From Adineta vaga (taxonomy: Eukaryota; Animalia; Rotifera): 64,000 nucleotides of DNA. Positions 49,370-63,594 of the stretch are shown here, piece by piece. The DNA lies in contig CP075494.1 of assembly GCA_021613535.1 (NCBI GenBank), forward strand, positions 12,586,001 through 12,650,000. Reading direction: 5' to 3'. The notes beneath the pieces are model-generated. The model was not told the origin of the DNA. It searched no databases and saw only the letters and a list, made by a program, of their open reading frames with translations. Position numbers and translations under genes: made by a program. Within the stretch, counting starts at the first letter, position 1. Each line of letters begins with the position of its first letter.

Positions 49370-51277
49370 ATGTTAGTGTGTTCAAATTGTGTTATTCGTT
49401 TAACTCCATTAGTATGCAAATATCTAGCCACATCTTCTCTGTCCACAGTAGCATCGAAATCTTGGCTATCATACAATAATGTCTCTGGAAATTTGTTTCG
49501 AACAAATCTATTGAACTCTTCACAATCAAAATCTATATCTGGTAAAATCAAATCCTCATATTGATCTTAATAATCTTATTTTATATCTCTAGTTTTTTCT
49601 CTATCACAATCACGTTCATTTCATACATCAAATAAACGAGATAAAAAAGATTATTATGATGTATTAGGTATACCTAAAACAGCCAACGCAAAAGATATAA
49701 AAAAAGCGTATTATACCGTATGTATCATTTGTCTTTCATGAGATTAATATAAGTATGTATGTTTGTTATTTAGTTAGCTAAACAATATCATCCAGATACG
49801 ACAGATAAGAAAGATGCTGCCACAGCAAAAAAATTTCAAGAAGTTTCAGAAGCTTATGAAGTATTAAGTGATGAAACTAAACGAAAAACGTATGATACAT
49901 ATGGAATGGGTGGTGATCCATTTACTTCAGGTCAAAGTTCATATCCCGGTGCAGGTACTCGTTCTGGCAGAGGAGGTCCAGGCGGTTTTCAAGGTTATGA
50001 ATCTTATCAATCTCAGGTTGATCCAGAAGAATTATTTCGAAAAATTTTTGGTGATGCATTTAATCGAGGAGGTTTTGGTAATCATGAATGGACGAATGAT
50101 GGACAAGAGAGTCAATTTGGAAAACAGGGCATTACTCAAGTAATTCTTTCGAATCAAAATTTCGACTCTATTAACTTCATCTCTTCTAGTTATCGCTTGA
50201 TTTAACATTTCAAGAAGCTGTTCGTGGCTGTAATAAAGATGTTAATGTTCGTATTATGGATACATGTCCAACTTGCAAGGGCACTCGTTGTGCAGCTGGT
50301 AGTCAACCGCAAAAATGTCGAACATGTAATGGAACAGGAATGGAAACGATTGAAACGGGTCCATTCTTTATGCGTGCAACTTGTAGAACGTGTCACGGTC
50401 GACGAGAAACTATTTCAAAACCATGTTATGAATGTTCTGGAAAAGGCAAAACAACACAGAAAAAATCCGTCAAAATACCAATACCAGCTGGTGAGTAACA
50501 TGAAAAATTTCTCTTGTGAAAACAAAAAATGAAGATTTTGAATCATTTTAGGTGTCGAAGATGGACAGACTATGAGAGTTAATTTGGGTTCATCAGAAGT
50601 TTTTGTTACATTTCGAGTTAAATCAAGTGAAAAATTTCGAAGAGATAAAGAAGATATTCATAGTGAAATAAATGTTTCCTTTGCTCAAGCGATACTTGGA
50701 GGTGCAATTAAAGTACCAGGAATCCATGAAGATCATGTTTTACAAGTAAGATCATTTTCTTCAATGCTTCTTTTCTACTCTGTTTTTGTAGATTCCATCT
50801 GGTACACAATCTCATCAACGCTTTCGTTTAATTGGCAAAGGTATTAAACGTTTACAAAGTCCAGGAACTGGTGATCATTATGTTCATGTCAAAATCAAAG
50901 TGCCTTCGTATGTGTGATGAAATATTTTAGTTTTATATTGTTCTTTATTTTCTATAGACGATTAACAGCTGAACAAAAAGCATTGATATTATCCTATGCT
51001 GAATTAGATAAAGATACTGAAGGAACAATCAATGGATTAACACAAACAAAATCAGGTATAATAAAATTTTGAAAGTAATAGAAATCAACAATATGTTCCT
51101 TTCTTCGATATAGGAAATCGAGTTATAAATGAAGATGATTATCCACTATTGAAATCGATACGACAAGTGTTATCGAACTCACCGTTAGATAATAAAAAAG
51201 TAGCTGACACGGTTGATGAAAAAGAAACCGACACAAAACATAATACAAAAGCAAAAAAACAACAGAGCAACAATTAA
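49370..51277 (+). CDS. DNAJA3: Mitochondrial DnaJ homolog A3 (Tid1)
   Basis: Transit peptide, [30 protein letters not shown], four CxxCxGxG-type motifs, GVEDGQT; 7 exons. Confidence 0.93.
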
Positions 51278-51568
51278 TTTTCGTGTAATGCCAGATCAAA
51301 TTTGTTTTTTTTTCTTTGTTTCTTTTTGTTAACTTTATAGAATGTTTAGGAAAACAGTAATAAACATAAATCTGGCAATTATGTGTGACGATCGTATATA
51401 AACACATATGATTGAATAAAAGGATTTAGCAGCAATGAACATTCTTTTACATTTCATATCAAGATAGATGATTCAGGCGTTCTGTCTATTCAACTGAAAG
51501 CACAAGTATATGAAAATGAATTCGTTCGAATTCTCATTCATTTAATTCAAAAATCAATATTTAGCAAT

Positions 51569-52204
51569 TTAACATTGAGCTTGAAGTACGTTTTGAGGAA
51601 ATTGTCCCATATAGTTTCCTGGTGGTGAATAATTAGCAACAATAATAGCCTTACGACCATTGTTAGCATAAGCAATACCAACACCGAGTTGTTTCGAATT
51701 TTTCCAAACAACTTGTGTGAAATGACCAACTTTAGCTGAAAATCCTGGTAGATTGTAATTATAATCTTTGATTTCATCGTACCATGATTGTGTTGCTTTG
51801 CTTCCTAGGAGAAAATGAATGGGAAATTATTTATATTAGAAAATAGAAAAACAAAGTTTACTGACCAGGTACTAAACCAACGATTGATGCTGAACTACTC
51901 ATCATATAAAGATTTTCACCATGACCGTTGTTTGAATGTTGAAAGTTATTTTCAGCAGCAAGTTTGTCAGCATAGGCTTGAGCAGTTTGACTCAATTTAG
52001 TATCGAGTACAAGACCAGCAACGCAATGACGAGCTCGAAGAATGTTATGTTGTTTCAAGGTTTCTTCTTGAAATTTAATTTGAGCTGGTGTAAAAGCATT
52101 TACTGAAGAAAAAAAACTCAAAGGTGACTGAAACATATCTAGCTCGTATTTTTACCTGATACAACAGCAAGAACAACGCAAACTAATGTTGAAACTTGAA
52201 TCAT
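51569..52204 (-). CDS. Secreted CAP-superfamily (GAPR-1/PR-1-like) protein
   Basis: Signal peptide; HN.LRARH, FQHS..GENLY, WYDEI..Y, GHFTQVVWK.S..LGVG, VANYSPPGN; 3 exons. Confidence 0.92.
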
Positions 52205-52934
52205 GATTTTCTCAATGGACTATTAGAAATCAAATCAAGATAGAATGAATATTCAGTATGAGAATATAAAATGCTTACTGTCAGAATAATTTGAATTTCG
52301 CATGTTATTGTGTTTTTATATATTATCCCAACAGTGGGCGGATGAGATCTGATTTCCAATTATTAAGGATACAGTAAAGGTTTTAGACAAAATTAATTTC
52401 AAGTCAGGTTTTCAAATGCTTATTTAAAGCTTAATTTTATTCATATATGTAAGTAACAATGTTATTTGATATACTCGTTTTTGTATTATTCATTTCTTTC
52501 TTTCTTTCTTTCTTTAGAAAAACGAATGTCAGAATGATCATATATGTTCTTGAATGATTTATATATTTCAGATTTTAAAATTACAATTTTTTGAAGTTTT
52601 TTACTTTTATATTCCAATAAAACATCGAATATACTGGCAAAGAGTTGTATAGAGTGCATTTTGATCAATAGATACAAAATAATCAACAGCTGTTATGTTA
52701 TCCAATCAAAATAACTATCGATGCATTATTCTTTTCTTCGATATTCTCGTCTATTATGTTCACGTAAATCACTGCCTAGATAATTCTTTTTTCATGTATG
52801 AAACACTAAACAAAAACATAAACTTCGAACTAGTAAATGTAAATAAATTCGACTAGTTTCATCATAATTCCATCGTTCTCGATCGTGATCAGTTCATTGT
52901 AAGACATTTCAGTTTGTTTCTATTTCAATTTACA

Positions 52935-54807
52935 ATGAATGAAAATAAAACTTGTATATCATCATCATCATCAACATCATCACCAATTCGTGTACATTTT
53001 TCGGATGTAACAAATAGAAAAACTATGATGGATGATGACCATCGATGGAAGTTACCAAATAGTAAATTTTTATTTCATATTTTCATTTTCGAGAATTTAA
53101 CAAACAAATCGATTATGTTTTAGGTGCACCAACAATTACCATTGATAATGATGAAAACGAAAATGATGCATGGAATGAATATCGACATCTATTCGAAACA
53201 AATCGATCACATATGTTGAATTTATCATCAGTTGATAATTATTTACTACGACATAGCAGTGCAAATACAAGTTTAAATGAATCAGCATCACTTGAACCAT
53301 TAGTGGATAATCATGATGATATTTTTTCAATGATTGAACAAGCTGGAATTACTTTTGGTACGTTTTCCTATGGAAACTATGATGAATCATCTTTTCTTAC
53401 TTTTACTTTTAGAAGCCTTAGCTGGATCATCATCAGCAGATTTACTTGGTAGTACGAGTGGTTATCATTCTTATGAACCATCTCCATTCAATCATCGATC
53501 GAAAAGATCATCATTACTTGATCCATCTGCAGCTGAATTTAATATGGAAATTGAACCACCATTGATGACTTCACATCATTCAACAAATCGATCTTCAATA
53601 AATACTGATCAACCTGTTCGTCGTTCATCACGGTCACAAACTCAAATGCCACCCCGTATTTCAACATCTTGTAAGTCACTCTCATCTATATAAGAAAGAA
53701 AAGAAGAAGTCAATTCATTCTATTGCTTGATTCTATTTCTATTCAAGATGAATATAAATTTGGTGGTTATGGTCGTGGTATAAATGAATTTCTTGAACCC
53801 AATGGTATTACATTTCTTTCGGATGGAACTCTTACAGTTGTTGATACCAATTCAAGTCAAGTTAAACTTTTCGATCCTGTCCGCCGAGAATGTATCCTGA
53901 AATTTGGTCAAGCTGGAACAAGACCTGGTGCATTGCTTTATCCGTATCGTGTTGCTGCCTTACCAGGCCATGATTTAGTAAGAAAAAAGATGAATTTTCT
54001 TTATTAGATGATATATCGATATGAATATTTAATAGCTTGTTATGGTTCAACGTTCTCCACGACCGATGATACAGATCTTTGATCGTAATGGTCAATTCAT
54101 TCGTCGTTTCGGAAATGATCTCGAAAGTCCACGAGCTATCTGTATTGATCAACAAGGTCGAATAATCATTATTGAATCAAAAATTATGAAAGGTAAACAA
54201 TACTCGTCACATAAATTTAACAAAATTTTCTTCTTTTCTAGTTCATATTTATGATGCAAGCTCAGGCCGTCTTTGGGGTCAATGTGATCTACGTGATCAT
54301 TTGAGTTTTCCGACAAGTGTCTGTGTTAATGATCGACATGAACTTTATATAAGTGATAATGAATCACATTTCGTTCGAGTCTTTGATTATAATGGACAAC
54401 ATTTGAAAAATATTGGTGCAGGTATTTCATATCCGATTGCATGTCGTATTGTAAGTTAGATTTCTATTTTATTTTCATGAGCGAAATAAAAAATCTTTGT
54501 CTCTTTAAAGAATCAACCACGACGTGAACTTATTGTTGTTGATAATCATGAAAATTTCAATATAACAACATATGATTATGATGGAAATAAAAAATATTCA
54601 CACTATTCCGTAAGTTCTTGTAAATATTCTTGATCGAATCAAATTTTTTATTATATTTAGTTAATGAAACATTCACAATGTTTCGATGTTGCTGTGGGAT
54701 ATAATGATGAATTAGCAATGGCATCGAAAGATTATAAAATCTATGTGTATAAACTTGGCGAAGGTCTTGAATCAACAAGCAGTGATATAAATCAAAATTA
54801 TTATTAA
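52935..54807 (+). CDS. Brain tumor (Brat)-like NHL-repeat protein lacking B-box/RING
   Basis: KFG..G....F.EP.G, DTN...K.FD, LLYP.RVA, RSP...IQIF...GQF.R.FG..L..PR, IIIESK.M follow the Brat NHL propeller; disordered N-terminus; ~8 exons. Confidence 0.85.
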
Positions 54808-57281
54808 TAAAACAAAAAAATTTTTTTTTCTTCTTTGTTCTTACAATGCCTCTTGTTCGTTCTCATATGTTGTACAAATTGGTTTATATCTACCGCTGAA
54901 TAATATTATAAATCTAAATTATCTTTCTTCTCCTTTTGTGGTAGACGAATTAATTTTTTCTCTCTCTCTCTTTCTTTCTCTTTTTCTCTATTCATGTTAG
55001 CATCACTTCATTTGATTTTCTTTTCGTTTATCTTTTATTTGTTATATGCCTCAACATTCATAAAAAAAAAACAGATATATTTCTATACTTTTTCTTCTTG
55101 TACAACACTTCTATTTGACCATACAAACATACATTAATATAAATTAAGCTATGATGTGTGAGTTTAGAAAACGGCCGACTTCATGGAGAAATCGTTTTGT
55201 CATAAAATTCAATATGATCAATTGTGAGCAGTCCTTGGAGAGCAATGTTCATTTTCAAATTTGAATTAATCCAACAAGGTTGTATTATTTGTCATCCTAA
55301 CAGAACGGCAACAGACCGTATTAATTATTATATTCGTTGTCAATGTAACTATTTAGCATATATATAGGCGCTTTTTCCTTGAATATATAAATCATACATA
55401 TGTCGTTGTCCTTATCTAGATAATAATTTAACAAAACGGTATGTGATCAATGAATGTATTCATCATTTTTGACAAGCAAATAAAATGATTGAAATAGTTT
55501 ACTTCTTTTCGATGGATTAGAAAGTCATTATTACAGAAGTTTTGTTGTAATCTAACGGCATGTCGACGAAATCGAATATTCTCATTGAGGAAGAAATTAA
55601 TTTGAAAACTTCTACGATGCATAACTAAATAATTATTCATAAATATTTAATTATTTCATTACTCGATACATGTTTATGTATATGTTGATTTATTCCCAGA
55701 TATATATTTTTTCCTTCATATTCAACCTTAAAAAACAAATGTTTTTTTTTCTGTTATAGAATTAAAGACTGTTACTGCTGCTCTATATTTGCATTTCTTT
55801 CTTTTTTTAGTCAGTCTGAAAAAAAAATAAAAGTTTGAAGTGAATGAGAAGACGAAGAAGAAGAAAATTGTATTTTGTTGATTATATTATGCAAATATAT
55901 CACAATGTTAAACTTCTGGCCTTAATACCCTTCCCACTATGTATATACGATGAAGTGTGTGCATGAATACCCTTGAAAGCTATTCAAAAAAACATTCGCG
56001 CACGATCAAACACCAATTTATGTTTGCAGAAGCACGCTTATAAATCACTCGTTTGCTTTTCTTTTTTTTGTTTTTTGTATTTTATTTTCGACAAGATCGT
56101 TAAAAAAATTTTATTATGTTAGGAAAAAAGAACCTGAAGCTGATCATGTTGTTGTTTTGTTTATTCAATAAAAGAAGAAGAAGAAGAAGAAAAAGAAAGA
56201 AAAACGTCCTTTTTAGCCTTTTCTTTTTCAAGGAAAATCGTCTCGATATCAAAAGTCGATATCACATATACTCTTTGTTATAAAGGTAAATTCCATGCAT
56301 ATCGTCGACAAGAGAAAAAAAATCGTTTGTATGAGAAAAATGAGGGTTTTGTCTTAGAGCCTAGAAAATAGAATAATAGTTAAAAGAAAGAAAAGAAAAG
56401 AAAAAGAAACCCATTCGTTTGCAAAACCTTTTTCTGAAGCAAATAATAATAACATCAAAACATAAAATGATGAATTGAATCGAGTAAGGATTGCGTTCTT
56501 TTTTTTTCTCCTCCTATTTATTAAGGATAGAACAATCGAAGATCCATAGTGTTAATGACATCGACCTTGTAGATTTACATTCGCTTTTAGATGTTTTAGA
56601 AATAATCAACATAGTTTTATTATTGGTTGATTAGATTTAGTAAAGCCTATAGATATCTAACCTATACTTTATTATCTTAGAAGACGAATGAAAAAATGAA
56701 TGGTATGTCAAAATGTTAAAAACAAAAGAACACGTGTTAATTACTCATAAAAAAGGCGAATGAATGTATGTTTTTTCTTCTTCTTCAGTGAAGAGAAAGA
56801 AAACAATAAAATATATTAACAGAACCACACATAAACCGCAAAGAAAATGCCGAACATTTATTCGAGATCAATTTAACATTCATACACAACAATATTATCA
56901 AAGTCTTGTATGTTTTCTTTTATTCATACACGCGTCTGTCATTAAAATACTTCTTATTGTATATTATATATATTTACATTCCTATCGTCAATTTTTTAAT
57001 TCAATGTCAAACTGAGAAGAGAAAAAAACAGAACCTCTGCGTTTCTTTTTTAACAACAAGAATCGAGGAAGAAAAAAAGAATGTCATATTACTTTTTTTT
57101 CTCTCACTTTTTTCTTTCTATTTCTCTTAGTTATTTTTTTCAATACTTTTTCAGACATCTTTCCGAGTATGTTTACATACAAAGCATTCGAATATAGATT
57201 TCATATTGATATACATGTAAGTTCAAATAATTTAAGTTGTGTTCTACTTTTAGATTTATTTATTGACGACAAAATTATCTA

Positions 57282-58934
57282 ATGGGAAGTTTTGGATGGG
57301 ATAATCAATGTTTTTTGCAATATCATAATGGTCGACCATTATCCGTAGCTTTGACAGAACCATGTGACTGTCATCTATCAACATTTATAGATAGTGACTT
57401 TGCTATACAAAAACCGCATGTTCGAAGTAATTCATCAGGTCGAAGATATAAACGTGAATCTTATAGTAAGTCTTACCATACAAAATCAAGACTTTTGTGA
57501 TTGTTTTTTCCCTATATTTAAAATATCATAGGTATATATCATCCTAATGTTCAATATACGAACTTTTTCTGTTCACCACCGGTTCCACGACGAGAAGTTT
57601 TTCGCAGTAAATCAGGCGATTTACTTGTCGAAAAGCTAGGTAAACTTGTGAAATAATATTATTTATATATTTATTCATTTTTCATCAATAATAAATTAGA
57701 AACAGTGACAATAGAAGAACAGCAGTATCGTCCACCTCACGGTGGGGTTTCATATGTTCGTACACCATCACCTCCTGTTCGACAAGTTAAAATACGTTCT
57801 CGACCTTCATCTTGTTATGATCTAAATAACAGAGAATCAACAGGTAAACAATTGATGGAAATTTTTTAATATGATTTTCAAGTGTTTTATAAGATCGGGG
57901 ATACACAAAATATGTTGATGAACATCGAGAAGAACATTTTGAATTTAACTATAACTTCAATAGACCTTTAGATCGTATTGTGCCAAGTAAAAGAGAATGG
58001 TTTCGTTTTTCTTATTTACATATATATCTTAATCAATAGTTCACCGTGAACCAACACCACCACCACCACCACTTCGAAACATTCAACAAAATGAAACAGT
58101 AACAACAGAAAATTTCAATTTTCGTATAGAAGCTAAACCAGGTTTTCCGAGGAGGTCAATTCGAATCGTTTTCGATATATATTTATTTTATATTAGCTAT
58201 TCGTCCGTCTACAAGAAGTGTTGGAACAACAACTAAAGATCTCCGACCTTTAAGTAGATCAGGTAAAATCAAGTGAATAAAATTATTTTGAAATATTCAT
58301 GGTTATATTCATTTAAAATAGAAACACAAGTTATTGAACGGTTTGAAAAAGATGAAAAAATACGACGTGATTCAATGACAGGTTTGATAAACAAGAAGTT
58401 TATTTTTTACTAAGTTTGTTTCTTCTATTTTAATAAAACAGAAACCAGTACTATGGTTGTTACAGAAGAGCAACCATTTCAAAGTTCTTCTCGTTATGGT
58501 AATGAATTCTTTTTCTGTTATTTTTATAATCTTTATTATTCATTGTATAGTATCACAGTTCGATACTCGAAATGATCGGTCGTTTTCGAGTGAGTATTGA
58601 TTTCTCTACTTGAAGAAAATTAATAAACCCATAGAAAAAGAAAAGATAATAACTTTCATCTTGCAAGAATTCAAATTTCGATAGATTTTCATTCTGTTTG
58701 TCTTTTTCGTTAGATTTTGGTGCAACAACATCGAAATCACATAATGCATTGAATCATTATTCGGATTATGGTCACGGACGACATGATCTCACTATTCGAC
58801 CAACAGCTCGACCACGGGAAGCTCTTGTTGACACATATGAGATTACAGCGCCTCCTAGTCCGTCATCCATGTTGGCAATTCCGATAACTTACGAGGCTAG
58901 TTCGAAATCTCGATATCATTATAATTGCAGTTGA
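57282..58934 (+). CDS. Hypothetical ~10-exon Pro/Ser/Arg-rich protein
   Basis: Regular alternation of short coding exons and ~55-nt GT-AG introns (57282-57466, 57532-57639, 57700-57843, ... 58714-58934); RTPSPP and REPTPPPP motifs. Confidence 0.7.
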
Positions 58935-58980
58935 TTTAATCGTATCATTATTTTTATACATAAGAAAAAAAAGAGAAACA

Positions 58981-59006
58981 ATAACAACAACAACAACAAC
59001 AACAAC
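58981..59006. repeat. (AAC)n microsatellite
   Basis: Direct tandem repeat. Confidence 0.85.
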
Positions 59007-59338
59007 GAACAATTTTCTTGTATATTTTTAAATCGACGTTCTTTTTTTTCAATCATATTTTTTTTGTTCGTTGTTCAGATATGTGATTCTCTCTCAGACG
59101 TCTTTTTTTTCTATTCTCACAAATTTCACATTCCAATAGAGAGAAAGAGAAAATGAAGAAGTGGTTGTAGATAGATTAGCATATCTAGATTAGATATACA
59201 TATATACATATATATATATTTTGATTTCAAATGCGTTTTGTTATTATTTATATAAAAAAAACACATACAAATTGATGTCAACGAAGAAGTAGAAAACAAC
59301 TCAGTTAATTGATATTGAATAAAACAAATTTTTGATAA

Positions 59339-62300
59339 TTATTTTGATATTTTCATTGCATGATGCATATAATTTTTCTGTTCGATCAAATTACTCGATT
59401 TGAGACCGGTTGCTGTTGCTGCTGCTGAATCACGTCCTGCATAACTATCAAAATAGAAAACATTTAAATGTATATAATTTATTCATTAAAAAATATTCAT
59501 ACTCGATTTCATTGGCACGAGCATCATTCATCTTTCGAAGAAGGGTAACAAGTCGTGGTTTACAAAATGAATACTAAATAGAAAGACGATTAAAAGTTAA
59601 TGTTTTATGCTCGAATAAAATTCATTACTGGTCCCATGTTTTTGTGTTCTTCTTGAGCAAAACATATATTTGCATTTTTGTATTTTTCAAGTTCCATTTG
59701 CATTAAATCGAATGGAAAGGGAGAGATTTGTTCGATGCGAACAATCGCAATTTGAGATTGAAGTTTTTGTTCTTTCCGTGCTTCTAATAGATCATAATAT
59801 GTTTTTCCTGAACAGAAAAGAATCTTCTTCACATCACCAGGATTGTTCGCAGCATCACCTTCTTCTGGATAGATACGTTTAAAACTTGTTCCTGACATAG
59901 ATCAATGTCGATAAAAGTCTTCGGTTAGATATTGTCTTACCTTCAATCATTTCATTGAATGATGATTGACATGCATTTGAACGAAGTAATGTTTTTGGTG
60001 TCATCAGAACTAATGGTTTACGAAAAGGAAGTGCCAATTGACGACGAAGAATATGAAAATAATTTGCTGGAGTTGTTAAATGAGCAATAATCCAATTTGT
60101 ACGATCCAATTGATCCATGGAAATATCCGTATACGCACGATTCTTTATTTCTGGTACATGATCTTCATCTTCGGCAGACATCTAAATGATAAATTCAGTC
60201 AATGATATTTCTAAAGATTATTTGATGATTGAAGCGGTGATAATAATTATATTCGAAAATGACCTGTAGAAATCGTTCTAATCTTGCTGATGAATGTTCT
60301 GGTCCTTGTCCTTCATATCCATGTGGTAATAGAAGAACAAGTCCATTTTGGCGAACCCATTTAGCCTGTCCACTAGAAATAAATTGATCAATAATACATT
60401 GAGCATTATTAACGAAATCACCTAAACAAAATACACAAGATTTAATTCGACTTAATTTTAATATTCTCTTACCAAATTGTGCTTCCCAAATTACGAGTAA
60501 ATTTGGATCTGTTATAGCATATCCAAGTTCAAAACCTAATACTGCAAATTCTGAGAGAGAACTATTACATATTGTATAATGTCCTTGTGTCGGATGTAAA
60601 TGATTCAGTGGTACATAAAAATTTAAATCTCTGTTTTGGTCATGTAGAACATGATGACGATGAGAAAATGTTCCTCGTTCAACGTCTTGTCCACTAAAAC
60701 GAACATGATTTCCATCAAGCAAAAGGCTTCCTATTGCCATGAATTCTGCTAATGCCCAATCAGCTTTATGTTTCTGTAATAGTTTTTTTTGTTTCGCAAA
60801 ATGATTTCGTTCTAAAGCTTTATTAAGAGTAAAATTGTCAGGTATTTGCTGAGATTTCACTCCAATCGTTACTAATTTGTCCTCCGTTATTCCAGTTTTT
60901 GGAGAAGGAAAAGGACCGGACTTTTTAAAGAAATTTTTCCATGGTGAATCAAGCCATTTCTTTTGTTTACTATATGCATCACTTTTTGAATTAATACGTG
61001 CAGTGTCAAGAGCTTTTTCATAGTTTACCACTTCACCCTGAAAAGCATATGCAAATGAAAAGTTTTCACGAGTTGAACACTATTGACACATACTTCATAC
61101 CAATCGGCTTTAATTCTACCTTCTTCAAGTAACTGTTGAGTCCATTTTTTTAATACCGATTTTTGCTGTTTGATTTTATTATACCTACATAATAATCGGA
61201 AGAAATTCAATGGGAAATTTATTATAATTAAAAAACGAACATGTGTGGTTGAGTAAAATCAGGTTCGTCTGTTTCATTATGACCATAACGACGATAACCA
61301 ACCTGAAAAAAAAAAGAACAAGAATTCATTCAAACTAAGAATCCTAATTTCAAATTGAACTACTTACTAAATCAATAACAACATCTTGTTTAAATTTACA
61401 TCTCCATTCTGCTGCAACTTTCGCTACATATAAAACGGCTTCTACATCATCAGCATTCACATGAAATATCGGTGCATTAACAACTCGAGCTACATCAGTA
61501 CAATATGAACTTGAACGTGCCACACGTGGATCAGTTGTAAAGCCAATCTAAATATCCATCATCATTCTTTTATCTTAAATAAATCTTTTTCAATCATACT
61601 TGATTATTACAAACGATATGTATTGTTCCATGCGCTGTATAAGCCGGTAAATTACTCAGATGAAATGTTTCAAAAACAACGCCTTGACCAGCAAAAGCGG
61701 CATCGCCATGTATTAGCATACTCATTACTTTATCGCCTTTTTTATCAACACGACTAAACTGCTCGGCTCGAGTACGACCTTGAACAACTGGATTGACAGC
61801 TAAAAATGACATAAAACGTGTGATAGAACTCGTTGTTTTTTTGTTCAGACAAATCACCTTCTAAATGTGATGGATTGGCAAGTAGAATAAACTTTACTTT
61901 CGAATTTGTTGCGGAATATAAACGTTCAACACATGTACCCAAATGATATTTCACATCTCCCGTTTCCTAAAATTGTACAGAAGAGATTAAATATAAGACA
62001 AAACTTTAAAAGAATTTTTCATCTACTGAAGTATCAGATTGTTCTAACTTTTCATTGAATTGACACAAGATTTCTTCCAATGGTTTCTTGATGACATTCG
62101 AAAGAACATTGAGACGACCACTATATCGCGAGAAAAACAGTTCAACTAAAATAATAATACATGACAACAACAAACCGATGTGGCATGCCAAAAATAACTG
62201 TATCAACACCAGCTTTGACTACAGTATCAATAATCATTTTCATTGCTGGTATCAACATTTCACATCCTTCAACACCAAAACGTTTTTCCGAACTCCATTT

Positions 62301-63594
62301 TCTCTTTAAAAAGTCTTCAAATCTACAACATGAAAAAAAATTATTTTTAATGAATTAACAAATGTGAGATTTTTATTCATACTGAGTTGCGTGGATAAGT
62401 CGTCGAGTTGCACGATGAATTTCTTCACTTGAGAATACTTTTCGTGATGAATCTTCGAAACGTTCTCGAATCCAATTACATTTTTCACGATTATTGATGT
62501 ACATGTATTCAATACCAATTGTTCCGCAATAAACATGCTATCAACATCAAATACAAATCTTTAATCAAGCAATAGGGCAGGAAAAGCTAAAGAGTAGATA
62601 TGATCAGGAGGAGAAGAAGTACTGTATATAAGATATGCACAATTCATTCATTCGAATGATATCATTAATCTAATGAAGTATCTCGGGCAAGATTTTCCAT
62701 CAACGATGCGAAGAGAGCGAAATCACTAATTTTTATGCAGAAACATAAGCCACCCCTGCCGCGAAGGAAAGACTTACCTATGTTCAAACTTTTGAAATTC
62801 ATAAAGTATTCATCAGATAATATATAATTCTACTAAAATATCTGACGTATCTTACTTCTAATCGGCGAATAATTTCTTTTAAAGTTAATTGCTCTTCTTG
62901 ATCACTAATAAATGTAAATGATGGCAGATAAAATTTACGATTTAGATCAGCTTCGGCTAGAAATTAAAATATGAATTCATTGTACGGATTTGATAGTCTT
63001 ACAGAAGTTATAAAATTGAAATGAGAGGTCATTTGGTCTATCAGTATCAAGATCGATTGATGAGATCCCAAGTGGATCAAGCTGAGCTACTTTATGACCA
63101 CGCATCTATGAAAGACGATTATGAAGAAAGAATTTAGTCTATGGTCTTGCAAACCTGAAAGGATCGAACAAGTGATGCTATGGCCATATGATCCATAACA
63201 GCTTGAGTATCTACTAGAATGTTATTAGCGCCAGTAATGAGTGGTTTTTCGCTATACGATGTTTTTCCAACATTCTGTAAGTAAGCTGTCGAAGAAGGAA
63301 TGATGCTCGATGAAAAAGATTTCACTTGTTTTTGATTACGGAAATGAAGATCCCAAGACTATGTAGAAATGATTGAACGTTTTACAGTTTCTTTTTATGT
63401 AAGCATGAGAATTCTACTTTATGGACTGATTGAGGATCATTCAACCATTGTTTATACATCTCATTGACATAACTGGAAGAGGATTCATTAGAATCATGAG
63501 ATTTATATATACTACGAGTTGATAATATTAATCTTGGAATAGATCGAATAGCTAACAAATGTGGTCGAGCAATCGATGCAACTAGTCGTTCCAT
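59339..63594 (-). CDS. OGDH: 2-oxoglutarate dehydrogenase E1, mitochondrial
   Basis: [41 protein letters not shown], ThDP motif [49 protein letters not shown]; many short introns. Confidence 0.96.

Noticed and set aside
62740-62775. Plus-strand TGCCGCGAAGGAAAGAC resembling the 3' end of a TPP aptamer
   Set aside because: Antisense to OGDH and lacks the upstream CCUGAU/UAAU elements; no canonical TPP riboswitch is called on either strand
62778-62832. Apparent cassette exon in the OGDH intron
   Set aside because: The upstream intron would be only ~23 nt; better explained as an alternative 5' splice site
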